A stretch of 63,100 bases of DNA, the filler included, from Hausera hauseri (taxonomy: Eukaryota), in assembly GCA_046269625.1 (NCBI GenBank). It is 12 parts of 12 records of this genome, joined end to end, with 100 filler letters (N's around TTAATTAATTAA, not from the genome) between each part and the next. Parts side by side here need not be neighbours in the genome. Positions count along the whole stretch, not along the records: positions 37,591 to 41,816 come from JBJURY010689438.1; positions 41,917 to 46,610 come from JBJURY010472799.1; positions 46,711 to 51,177 come from JBJURY010566116.1; 9 more parts are not named here. One strand, given 5' to 3'. The position numbers were made by a program, and so were the translations under genes. Shown here piece after piece: positions 38,266 through 50,447 of this stretch (the stretch's first letter is position 1; the number at the start of each line of letters is the position of its first letter). The notes under the pieces were generated by a model. The model saw only the letters and a list, made by a program, of their open reading frames with translations. It ran no database searches and had not been told where the DNA came from.

Positions 38266-38529
38266 ATGTCAGAAGCAAAAACTCATGTTAATGCTTTTTC
38301 TGCAACAGATCATTTCAATACTGTTGAAAAGTTGTGTGTAGTATTGAAGAACATACAAAAGGAAAGAATGAAGTCAAAGTTTAAATGTGTACTATGTGAC
38401 GAAAATAAAGTGGATACTGTTTTCCTAATGTGTGATCATCTAGTTGTATGTCAGATATGTTCAAAGTGAAGTCAATGTCCAGTATATACATGTAACATTA
38501 ATGAAATTATACGTATTTACTACGAATAA
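38266..38529 (+). pseudogene. small IAP-type RING (C3HC4) protein with one internal stop
   Basis: CVLC-x11-CDHLVVCQICSK*SQCPV..INEIIRIY; no BIR domain. Confidence 0.8.
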
Positions 38530-38596
38530 AAAAAACCCAATTTGTCAAATAAAAGGTGAACAAAACATGAACATTAAATATTTATTAACACAACAT

Positions 38597-39153
38597 TTAC
38601 AACTTGTAATTCTTTGTAATTTCAGTCATTGTCGAAATAACCTGTTTTTCTTTTCTGAGCAAATCAGACAATTGTTGAGTCAGATATTGTAGGTGTTTTT
38701 TTCTTCACTTTGTAAGTTGGGCATGTTTAATGGCTTTTCTGGTGGAAACAATTCAAGTTTGATTGTTAAGGTATCGCTGGACAATTGAACCCAATTTTCT
38801 TAGTTGATAAAATTTCGTAAAACCACTTCTAATGTTGTGTTCACATTCTGGTTTCATGTAACATACTGATCTGCAATTTGCTTGTATTTTGACTGAGCAT
38901 ATGACATCACCTTGTTCATCCAGTAGAGACATTTGAATCAATATACGAAAAGGCCATTCCAACGTTTCATCATCTTCACCTTTCACCAAAGCAAAAATAC
39001 CGATAAATGTGTATATCTGCCAACACCGTCACCATCCGGATAGACTCTAATACAGAATGTGTACCCACTGATACTGAACGTATCACTGGTAATGATCACA
39101 TTGTTTTTGCTTTTTTCGTTGAAGTTTGTTAATTTCCAAATGTAGGTATTCAT
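38597..39153 (-). pseudogene. stand-alone TRAF-type MATH protein, copy 1
   Basis: MNTYIWKLTNF..GYTFCIRVYPDGDGVGRYTHLSVF / ALVKGEDDETLEWPF..NIRSGFTKF; two frameshifts; intronless. Confidence 0.88.
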
Positions 39154-39404
39154 AATGAATGAAAACAGGATATATGTACATGCTTATATACAAGATTGTA
39201 GCCAATCAGAGAAGAGGAAAAATTACAAGATTGTAGACAAACAGAGAAGAGTAAATATTTTACTAGTGTGTAGTATAGTTACTGGTGCATTTGTAATATT
39301 TGTTCTTTAATAAATGTTTTATGTGTCAACCTTATATGTTCTCAATCACTATATATTATGAATAAGACATAAAGAATAACACGAAATATTTATTTATACA
39401 ATAT

Positions 39405-39958
39405 TTACAAATTCTTTGCAATTTCAGCCATAGCAGAAATAATCTGTTTTTCTTTTCTGAGCAAATCCGACAATTCTCGAGTCAGATATTGGAGTTTTTT
39501 GTTTTCTTCATTTTGTAAGTTGGGCTTGTATAATGGTTTATCCAGTGAAAACAATTCAAATTTGATTAATAAGGTATCGTTGAATATAATGGAATCCAAT
39601 TTTCTTAGTGGATAAAATTTTGGAAAACCACTTGCGATGTTGATTTCACTTTCGGGTTTTATGTAACAAACGGATCTTCTATCTGTTTTTATTTTGTCTG
39701 AACATATGACATCACCTTTTTCATCCAGTAGAGACATTTGTATTATTCCACGAAAAGACTATTCCAACGTTTCATCATCTTCACCCTTCACCAAAGCAAA
39801 AATACCGATAAATGCGTATATCTGCCAACACCGTCACCATCCGGATAGATTCTAATAAAGAATTGGTACCCACTGATACTGAACGTATCACTGGTAATGA
39901 TCACACTGTCTTTGCTTTTTTCTTTAAAGTTTGTTCATTTACAAATGTAGGTATTCAT
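39405..39958 (-). pseudogene. stand-alone TRAF-type MATH protein, copy 2
   Basis: Paralogue of copy 1; GYQFFIRIYPDGDGVG..NIASGFPKF; one frameshift and a TGG>TAG stop; C-terminal helical extension. Confidence 0.88.
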
Positions 39959-39959
39959 A

Positions 39960-40020
39960 ATTAATGAAAACTGGATATGCTTATATACAAGATTGTAGCT
40001 AATCAGAGAAGAGGGCAAAT
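39960..40020 (-). promoter_or_regulatory. TATA-containing promoter cassette repeated ahead of both MATH genes
   Basis: Minus strand CTCTTCTCTGATT(G/A)GCTACAATCTTGTATATAAGCAT...TTTTCATT..ATG here and at 39155-39250. Confidence 0.55.
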
Positions 40021-41816
40021 TTATAAGCTGTAATGCTCGTAGGTTACACTACTATTCCTTTGTGTCCAATGACGTTTATCATCAAATGGGTCCCGAGCTT
40101 TTTTCTTTGACTGTATAGTCATCAACTGATGATTCTTTTTTCCAATTCTCTCCTGGTTCACCATTGTCCCACATCCAGTTTTATAGGCATTTATGTAGTT
40201 CTCGTACTGTAAATCTGTCTGTCCCAAATTTACATCTTTACATTTCATAATTGATTTTGACTGTGTTTTTAGGGCATAAGACTTTGATCTTAGGAAAATA
40301 CTATTTTTGTACTTTACTGACCTCTTACCCTCATCTTTGAATTTTCCTATCACTGCTGCGAAACGAGAAGAGTAAAGGGGGTCATTAACATCATAATTGG
40401 CAGTATCAATCTGCTCATTAGCTATTATCGCTGGTAATAGTTGGTTACGCAAATGGACACCACGGCACTTGAGAAAAAATCTATCCGTGTCACCACCAAT
40501 TACATTAATTTTGAAACTAAACTGTTGCCTGTAATTCTCCAACTCGATACAATTCAACTCATACATTTTTAACTTTGATAGATCAAGTACAGCTTGACAG
40601 ATGTATTTGGGTCTGTCTAAAGTAACTATGTCCTTATCGAGGAGAACAGCAACAAGGTCATCGGCTATAATGATACTTTCCTTAAACTGTGCCTTACTTG
40701 TTTAAGTAACAAGTTTTTTGGCATTATTGCACAGTCTTAAATTTGACCTTTTCAAAAAATTCTCAACGGTCTTACCATATACACTATTATTCTTTAACTT
40801 TAAAAAGTCCTTCTCAAAAGTATTATTTGCTGCCGTTTGTTTAGAAGTGTTTAAGTCTATATAATCCTTAAAGACATAGCCTTGGTCAAATTCAACAGCC
40901 CGATGAACTTTATCAACAACAGCACCTAATTCAATATACAACTGCAAAAGCCTATGATTGATCACATACTTTAACTTAGGCTCATGTGCCAGCAACAATT
41001 TTTAACTGACGAACCAGGAGCACATTGGTTTATGGGAGTTAAAGGCAACTGATTCAGTTTGTCATGTTTATCAGTCGGAATGCTCAAATCTACCGAAAAC
41101 ACTAAGCCCCGTTTTTCCTTAACATAGTCAATGTAAGGTAATTGTTCAATCAAACGGCTTAATCTGTCCTCATCATATATCCATACCAAATTCACAAATG
41201 GCAGAGGTTAAGATAAAACCCAGTTGTATAAATTATTTACATCTATATACAAGAGACTTGTGCTTTCATCAGTTGTTAATCTACGTTTATTTACAAAAGT
41301 CATACCTCTGCGAATACCAGATTGAGAGAACTGATGCATTTCAGGATCCTGCATTAACTCTATTTTACAGTGACTAGATTTCAGAGCTGTTTCCCAACTT
41401 AAATCTGGAAATGAGACAAAGTTAGTAGCCTCTAAGCCATCCTGAAACTTAACTTCTTTTCCGAACCGTTCGAAAACATCAAAAAACCGGTATGCATCTA
41501 GTTTCATATATACTAATATGTAATCTTAAAGACTTTTACAACTGTATTTGGTCCAAGCAAGTTGAGCATCTCGATAATACTCATCAGTAACATTATCCCA
41601 TTTTGGTGGTAAAGCAGAAATGGACTGTAAGTCATTGAAATATTTTGCAGCAGTGTATGAAAAACTCCTTTTCCCTTAATCATGTCCGAAGGAAAGTCCG
41701 ATTCTGTAAATGGGTAGGTATCTAAATTTAAAGCCAAAGTCTTCAATGACGCTGGTAAAAATTGCATTAAGTTAATAAAGCGAATACTAACACATTTTTT
41801 ATATGAACACTGGATA
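40021..41816 (-). pseudogene. Polinton/adintovirus protein-primed DNA polymerase B, C-terminal part
   Basis: KGKGVF, YIDVNNLY, KLKNNSVYGKTVEN, GDTD, IGKFKDE, LRSKSYA, DDKR. Confidence 0.93.
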
Positions 41817-41916
41817 NNNNNNNNNNNNNNNNNNNNNNNNNNNNNNNNNNNNNNNNNNNNTTAATTAATTAANNNNNNNNNNNNNNNNNNNNNNNNNNNN
41901 NNNNNNNNNNNNNNNN

Positions 41917-43020
41917 CTGTGTAAGTGTATGTAAAATGCAACTAATTTGGGAAAATGTATATCTCAGATATATATCTTTATGCTTGTGTATGTGTAAAAT
42001 ACAGGTAATGCGAGTAATATGCAAGTAATACATGGGGAGTATGTATATGGTATAGGAATTATACAATGTATTGGGTGTGAAATACAGGCAGCATATATGG
42101 GTAATCTGCGTGTACTATATATGTAATATGCTGATAATATAACTAGTTAAGGTGAATTGTAGGTAACATGTATCCTATCAAGGTAATGATATGAAACTAA
42201 TCAATACATTAATGAATACGCTTATCAGTACAAAGCATCAATACATTATATATACTTTGACCCTATTTAATTAACTCTGCACCTATATATTTAACCCTAT
42301 ATGCCTATTTGGCTAACTCTGTACGCCTAAATTGTTAACCCTATAGACCTATGTAGTTCACTATAAGTACATATAACTCATAATTATCTATAAGATACCT
42401 ATACTTTTTACCCAATTGATGCCTATATTATACATATAGCCTATGTATTACACATCACATATATTACCTATATTCTACACCCGTGTATTATCCGCATATT
42501 ACTTATATTAGCTAAATATTACCCATATTACTGGTATTTTACACAGATAAAAACACATGCATACACGACATATATTTTAGCTACACATGTCCCATGTTAT
42601 GCATTTTACCCACATACAACAAGCGCAACATATTTTAGCTATGAATTTCCCAAGTTACTCCCAATTTACAGGCACACACAGACAAACACACACGATACAT
42701 TTTAGATAATTCATTTCCCAAGTTACTTCATTTTACAGGGACACAAACACACACGACACATTTTAACAATTCATTTCCCAAGTAACTTCATTTTACAGGC
42801 ACACACACTACCTATATTTTAGCCATATACTCTCCATATATATATATATATCTCTTATTCCCTACAATACTCATATATTCCCTCCTTATTCCCTTCTAAA
42901 TCCCGTAAAACTGCTATATTCCTTTCTTATTCCCTATTATCCGCCATAATCCTCATATTCCGTGCTTATTCCCTACAATCTTTTAGCTATACATTTCCCA
43001 TATTGTATTTTATCCCCCCC
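41917..43020. repeat. AT-rich foldback plus ~60-bp tandem repeats downstream of PolB
   Basis: 41917-42070 is an imperfect inverted copy of ~42460-42620; four or more units containing ATTTTAG..ATTTCCCAAGTTACT..ATTTTACAGG.ACAC at 42565-42810; repeated TTATTCCC at 42855-42975. Confidence 0.65.
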
Positions 43021-43193
43021 CTCCACACACACACTATAAAAAGTGCTTAGCGCTATGCCAAAGGTATATTTATATGAAATAAATGTGTTCTGAAATTAGT
43101 TGGCCTTATCCTATATCCCACATTACTTGATCAAGAAGACAACACGATGTTTTTTATAAGATTTATTAACAAAGAATAATGATATTTACATAT

Positions 43194-46100
43194 TTACAGT
43201 AACACATGCCCCTGAGGTTGTGTGCTTATTCCATCACCCAGGATCTGCCTTTTGTCGTCCATACAATCTAGGCTCTTCTGTATGCAAAAATCGCAATCCG
43301 CAAAAGTGATCTTCTTGGCTAAGGTAGCCCTTTGAACGCCCTTAGCTCTTTTTGATCTGATCACATACATCAACTGCATAGATTTTGGACCTAAGAGCTA
43401 CAAATCTCGAGATGATTGCCCCATTCACCTCATCTTTGAATTTTCCAAGGACCTTCTTGTTGGTAATTGAATAGTTGGGATGCTCCTTCGGATAGCCAGA
43501 CGTATGCGTATGCTGTGTCAACTTAGCAAAGTCCTCATAAATGTCCTCAGTATGGATTCTGATAGATGAAACTCAGTATCCATGTACATCAGCTGTATGG
43601 ACTTGAACGTGGGTACCACAATGTAGTGGAATTTGTACATCAGGGTCTTTGACACGTCGAGGACTTGTTAAATTGCAAGGATGTTTTCAGCATATGGATG
43701 CTGACCAAGTTCTCCGCATATATGATACTGCTGTGGAAGTTGGGTTTTACAATGAGGTTCTTTGCCCGTTTCTACTCAGAGACCAGTTCGATATTAATCC
43801 TGTTGTGGATATTTACCATGATTTTGCCAAAAGCGCTATTGTTGTAAAGCTTGAACTGGTCCTTCTCAAAATCGTTCTTGGCATTTGTCCGCAGCTTCGT
43901 ATTAAGATCTATGTACGGCTGCAGCCAGTTGGACTGGCTGAACGGCAGGGCCCGATAGGATCTTAGTAATGTGGAGTCCATTTCTGACCGCTTACTGGAG
44001 ATTTATGTAGTGGACTACATACTTCGCCCTACTATCCAGATGGCAGAGCAGCTTTCTATGCTTTCCATGGGGCGGAGGCTTGCACTCAGGGAGGAAAGGC
44101 AGCTGTTGATGTCTTGCGTGGATAGAAGCCGGATATTCCATATCCACCTCCAGTATGTATTCCGTATCTCCAGTGGGATCTAGGTCCACTATAGGGATGT
44201 TTTCAAGATGCTTGACCCACTTGAAGTCATCATATGGCAATGTGGCGCTCATTGCCCATCCATGCAAGTTGTTGGCATCCAGGTATGATATATATATGAG
44301 GGTTCCTTGGACGGATCATACTGGGCCATATACTTGTTGGCCTCGCTATACCAGATAATGGCCTGGCATATTCCGTCTCTAATGCCTCTCTTGATCAAAA
44401 GGGTCATGTCGTAATTCTTAATGATCTGCAGCCTAATACCAGTATATCGCAGAATAACTGCCCAACTCATCCCTGGAGCCGTAAAGAAATGAGCTGGATC
44501 CAATGCATGGCTCTTCATTATAACATCCCTGAAGCTCTCAAAGACGTCCGTCAGAAGCAGCACGTCCGTCTTGAGGTATGTCGCTATATTCCATTATTGT
44601 TCGGCATTGAAATGCATGCCAGAAGTTCTGGGCATGCAGGTAGTCTTCATCACTGATATCGCAATCTGAGAGGATATTGTAAAAGTCCTTCTTGGCAGGC
44701 ATGAGGTCTAATCCAGTGTTTCCCATGAAGTTATGTAATCATAGGGAAACACGTCTTTCCTTTTGACTAGGTCAAATGTAGTGGAAGAATCGCTTCGTCT
44801 CCTTGAGTTCTCCTGCAGGGAGGTCCTTTACTAAACTGTCAAGTGAAGACGACATGAAATGGAAGCTGTCCACGAAGCGAATCCTGATTTTCCCAACATG
44901 CTTTGAAAAGGTGATATACTTCTCCTCACTATTAGGGATCACATCAATGTTTCCTTCAATGTTTCCCAGTTCCCGAACAGTGAAGTGGGAATAATAACCA
45001 CTGAGGTTGTGAAACACTACAGGCACATGTACATGTTTTGCAGCGTAGGTTGCAGTTCTTACATGTCGCGCCCCGATATGTGCCTGTAAATGGCAATGAT
45101 CACTGACTTTATGATTCTCCTTAGTGAATGATTTGGAACACAAGTAACATTCTGTTGTCTTGCGCCATTCTTCTTGCTTCTTCGACATGCTCATGTCGTC
45201 CTTATGCTGCTGCAACATATCGCCAAGCCTATGAGCCATATCTTCAAGTCGCTTCATGAAATGTGCTGCTGCGTCTGGACCTCTGAATAGTTATCGTTCA
45301 CTGTCCAGTCCTTTGACATACATGCAATATGATGAAAGTTCATGATATTGGTATGCCGTTGTGCTGCTATGTTGTGGACTGGAAGTGCATGTCTGAACTG
45401 GCCTGAGAATAGCTTCAAAGTGGCAACAGATGACGATTGGGACCTTGAGCTTCTTCTCGAACTCCTTGAATTCAATATAGTTCTCCTTGGGAAATTCTGG
45501 CCTTACACAATAATTGTTACAGCAGTACATCTTATGCTCTGCAAGCTTGTCCACTGCTGCACCACCACAGAAATGAGTCAAGCATTGCTTAGAGATCTCA
45601 ATTTTCACACGATGTTTCGTAATTTGAGATCTTACTAGACGTTCAAAATTCTTTATCCATACGTAATGTTTCTTTTCTCCATCGTCTAGTAGGAGCAGAT
45701 CCATATAATCTTCCAATTCATTATCATATATTTGCATGGGATAGAATTTATCTTCCTCATCCAATTCAAAGATATTTATGGACATATTGTTGATTCGACT
45801 AAACATCTTGATTTCATCTAAGGATGGAGGGAATGTGATACACTGGAAATCATAGTTGTGCTGCACATCCTTATATAGCCAAAGTCGTGAAGCAGTATGT
45901 TGATCTGGTACGAGTTTTGATATAATGGAATACATGAAACACTTGTTGTCGTTATTATGGACATTAATGCAAGCGTTTTCCTGCCGAATTCACTCTGGGA
46001 GCTGTATATAAAAACTTTGTTGCATTGTGGAGAATTGATGCACATGCACTTGAAGTTTCTTGATAGTTGCCCGAGTCCATCTGCTCTTCTTACTCTGGCT

Positions 46101-46583
46101 CTCATCGGCTTCAGTAATCACCTTCGCATGCTCTTTATGCATCCATTCTACTATATTGGTGGCTCCAAAATGTGCCTATTTCTAGTCTTGAAGGCTTTTG
46201 GGACTCTTCACCATCAATATTGACGTATGTTGCCTCACGTTTCATATTAACCTTAAGGGCCTTGAGCTCAGATATGTTGTCCTTAATAATCCTATTGTTT
46301 CTTCCTCTGTGTACTTCAGGAACTACTTAATGGTTGTTTGACCAGTTGCATCAATGACATATTTGCAGACTTTTCTCATTAATGCTGCAGCATTAACTGA
46401 CCGCTGTCTTGGGCTTTTTGGTAAAGCCTCTACGCCTGATGCGCCTGATGGGTCTGATACGCGTTTTAATCCTACATCTGGATATACTTCTGCAACTGGC
46501 TGTACTGCGTGCCGTACTGCTGCTGCAACTGGTTTATGTTCATTAAAGATGATCTTCTTTGACTTTGATGTGAAGTCAGTCAA
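43194..46583 (-). pseudogene. Polinton/adintovirus protein-primed DNA polymerase B, near full length, disrupted
   Basis: INVHNNDNKCF, KKHYVWIKNFERL, CHFEAIL, CYLC..DHCH, VVFHNLSGY, RFVDSF, DANNLHGWAM, KLYNNSAFGK, LMYMDT, LGKFKDE, KRAKGV, DDKR. Confidence 0.95.
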
Positions 46584-46710
46584 ATAATGTTTGTGATCTT
46601 CATAAAACTGNNNNNNNNNNNNNNNNNNNNNNNNNNNNNNNNNNNNNNNNNNNNTTAATTAATTAANNNNNNNNNNNNNNNNNNNNNNNNNNNNNNNNNN
46701 NNNNNNNNNN

Positions 46711-47717
46711 TAGACTGGTTGTGGTACCGTACGGAAATTTAATAAGGTAGCCCGCGTCACATCGGATATTCACTTCAACATTGTTTAGATGTAGATGCCA
46801 CAGGTAGGTACATTCGATTATCGAGCTTGACAGTGACATTGTCGCCGGCAGTATGCTTGCTGCCTTCCGGATAAATTGCACGGAGTAGCGGTACACGTAC
46901 TCCACCGACCAAAATCGGTTCGGTGACATTCCCGTTTTCAGTTTGGGTTTGAGTGTTGCAACATGTGCCACCTCCGCCCCTGTCTTCATATATGATGTCT
47001 CAAACCGCTGTTTTTCAAAATCCAATACCATGGCCAAAGCTTTGTCCAAAGAAATGTCGACAATATTCTTAGCCAGTTTAAATTTAATGCACCAATTTGC
47101 ATTTGACTCGAAAACTTTAAATATCGCCTTGTACTTTTGATTTGAAGTGTTGACAGAGCTGTGCTTCAGACTCACAATAGACATGTCGCCAATTGATACG
47201 TATGACGTAGACACCCTTTTTATTGTATAGGTAAATTTCACCGTTGTATGGTAATATACGGGACTTAATCTAGGAGCAACTATATTTTCACTTTATTTCT
47301 ACCTTTGTACTGTGTATTTGTGAATCCAAATTTCTGCGCCATCGCAGAGGACTCAAAGGTAACAGTAAATTCAAAATCTGCCATAAAATGTAAGTATTCC
47401 CCTAAAATATGGACACCTATCTTGCCGAATATACCGTAATTTGCTTTGGTCGTGCAAAAGCCCGATTCTCCAACTGTTACTTTATTGTTAGTGTCAGAGG
47501 ACAAGAATGGGTTTTGGTTTCAGTAACAGTCTTGTACGTTATTTTCATACTACCTTTCAATGTCACCGGTGCGTAAGGAAAATTAAATTCCGTCAGTGCA
47601 ACCTCCCATTTTCCAGATAAATCCAAAGGATTGTTACAATCTACATATTCACTAGCGGAATTGTTCGGACGAGTCGTCGGACAACTGTTGCTCGGCAACA
47701 CCATGTAAATACTCATG
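46711..47717 (-). pseudogene. Polinton penton/minor capsid-type protein, copy 2 (3' truncated)
   Basis: MSIYMVLPSNS..PNNSASEY..PLDLSGKWEVALTEFNFP N-terminal signature followed by a long variable beta-rich region. Confidence 0.75.
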
Positions 47718-47764
47718 ATCTCGATGATGATGATGATGATGATAGTGATGACGCAGTTTGTTTA

Positions 47765-48788
47765 TTATCGACGACGTCGAAAATGTAGCATCAAATGTGT
47801 CTTGGCTCGAAACAGAAATTTAATGGGTTTCCAAAATTCGTCTACTATATACACGGAAATACTGTGCACAGCATTATGAGACAATGATAAATACATGGGC
47901 CGGATTATATTTACGTGAACAGTTTAGCCTGGTGCCTTGTACGTGTCCGAATCCAGTCCAATTGTAGCCAATAGTTGTTTGCGGTCTCCGCCTACATATA
48001 CGAGTTCGGTTAGATCCGTTAAAATATTGATTGGATAAAATGCTTTGTAGAGACGTGGTTTGTGTTAAGTAACAATGGGCCGTCCGCCACCGATTTGACC
48101 TCATTTTCGTTTCTTAAAACCCAGATTCCGTGCCAATAGTTCATCAGAGGCAAAACATTTAACATTATCATGTAGTCTAAACGGAATACGACCATCAGAG
48201 TTTAATTCAAATGTCTTGAGAGCCAATTTAACTACTGCCTTGATGGTTGCACACAATTCTGTTTCGGTTTCGGTAAGAAAACCTCTTTCTGTTGTATGGG
48301 GGTAAAAGAGTGGTTTTCATGGAAAAGTTCAATTTTTCACCAATTATGCTATGTCCACCTAGCTGTAGACCTTTCGAGCGCACATTGACAGATTGAAAAC
48401 CCCATGCCCGAACGTCAGCTAATAATTTAAATTGAAATTCAATCGTATGTTTGTGTTTTATCATCAATCGATTGTTTAAATGAAAGATATAAACCGGGAA
48501 ATATTGCCGTTTGTAATTGCGAACGTGAAATGTTCCATTAGAGTTTCGGACTAACTGTAAACTACTAGAAGCAGGAGATTGTCATAGTAGAGTACAGTAT
48601 ATTCCACTGTTCTCACGTATTGTTATTGGTGAAAATGTAAATATGAATTCTACCAAAGCTAATTCCCAGACTCCCTGGCGTAAGTCGTGCGGTTGGTCCA
48701 ACGCCATGTTAAACCGTTCAGCGGTATTGCTGTTGTTGTCATGTTCTGATAATCTTTTACTATCAAGTACCAAATAAATGATTTTCAC
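47765..48788 (-). pseudogene. Polinton penton/minor capsid-type protein, copy 1
   Basis: IYLVLDS..NTAERFNMALDQPHDL..WELALVEF at the N-terminus and RPMYLSL..ISVYIVDEFWKPIKF..LMLHFRRRR at the C-terminus; frameshifted middle. Confidence 0.75.
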
Positions 48789-49790
48789 TCAATCTGCGAT
48801 GCAAATATTCAACTCGACGTAGTGTATCCGTGCCGCTTGACAAGATATTGTTTATTCGAACCTTTACCGCGTGAACGTAGAATTTCCTGAATATGATACA
48901 CATCCGGTTTTTCCGCTACGACTTCAGTTCATGTTCGTAAACCTTGCAACGTATTTCATTACCATTTTCATCTCCTAAAGCGTACATAACAGGTGTTTGT
49001 TTTGTGTTGGTTGCTGAAATTCGGAAAACCTCATCGCACCAGTTTTGATAGAAATTCTTAATGAATGGTGTCGTACTCAGNNNNNNNNNNCGTTTATTTG
49101 GTCGTAGCTGTGTTCGGTTTTGGTAAAGCAACATGTCCAAATCATCGATTACATCCACCGGCCGTAATCCATTGATGCCACGATGTGTCGAGTGATTGTA
49201 TGCATGAATAATATCAGATAGTACAACTATCCAGCGTTTATTACACGGCTTGGTAAAGTATTTGTTCAGTCGGCCGCGTAGGGTTTGATTAAATCGTTCA
49301 ACAAGAGCAGCTTTTTATTATGAAAACACAAAGTGGTGGTTTACACCGAACCGCTTCAAAACCAATGCAAAATGGGAGTTGTAAAATTCCTTACCCAAGT
49401 TTGCTTGTATGTGCTTCGGCAGCTATTGTTCAATTAATATGTGAACAGCGTCGGATATTTCCCTACCGTTTGGATTTGACTGCAATTGCACGTGCAAAAC
49501 CACTAAACACCTCAATACATGTCAGCACGTACCGATAGCCATCGTTGATGCTGGCGTACGGAATCATTTTTATTAGATCAATTTGCCATACATTATTTAC
49601 GCCGGCAGCACGGTATGCACGAGTTGGAAACCGCCTTCTTATTGATTTGTTTAGGCTGTATGCTAACTGTTTCTCTAGCCAACGTTGGATATGTTTCCGA
49701 GTCTCTTTGACAGTATTTGCCAGTTTGTCGACGCCAGTATACCCGACGGGATGACGCGGTTCGAACCACACTTCGCCCATCGTTGTTGTC
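48788..49790 (-). pseudogene. Polinton retroviral-like integrase with chromodomain-like C-terminus
   Basis: PVGYTGVDKL, WQIDL, YRYVLTCIEVFS, TSKLGKEF, KAALVERFNQTL, YNHSTHRGI, NWCDEVFRI, QYLVKRHGY. Confidence 0.9.
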
Positions 49791-49924
49791 GATGGTGTCG
49801 GTTTTGCTTGCATTACAACAATTTGAGCGAAACATAAATGAAAGATTCGGTAAACTAGGACAGGAAGATGAAAACCATGCACCCATATCGCTAAATTATC
49901 ATATACTTACCGCTATTGTTTATA

Positions 49925-50443
49925 CTAAATTGTTTCACCAATGAGTCCACCAAGTAATGACGTGACAATCGGTAGAATTGCACCAAGGAATCCGCCTTCT
50001 TGCTTTTGCATAATCTCTCGCTTCAGTTGTTTACTATGAGCGATGCCAAGGCCAATGAGTCGTTTTCGATACTTTAGTAAATTCCGTTTTCCACTACCAA
50101 TGTCAACGTGAACCACAACGATATTGTACAAAATTTCCATTAAATCATCTATTACAAATTGTGGGAATGATAGCAGCATGTTTCGCTTATGTCTCGTAGT
50201 TGCTTTGAGCAAAGCAATAAAGTAAGGCTGATTACGTTTAAATCGCATTTTTGGACGTATTGATGCTGATGAGACGTAGTTGTTTATAACTGTTGTCACT
50301 GTGACCGTAATTTGCGTCTAGTTGTTGTTTGACGAAGTACAGAATTGATTAATCGCTTGACTGATACACGTTTCTTGCCGCCGGACACACGCTTGGTAGG
50401 TTTACGTTTAACAATCGTTTTTCGGAAATTCTTCATTTTTATC
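49925..50443 (-). pseudogene. basic core / protein X-like gene of Polinton-adintovirus
   Basis: K/R-rich N-terminus, EILYNIV, and C-terminal QEGGFLGAILPIVTSLLGGLI amphipathic helix. Confidence 0.7.
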
Positions 50444-50447
50444 ATAA

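Noticed and set aside
42565-42810. CRISPR-like array
   Set aside because: The units are degenerate along their whole length with no unique spacers; there are no cas genes and the context is eukaryotic.
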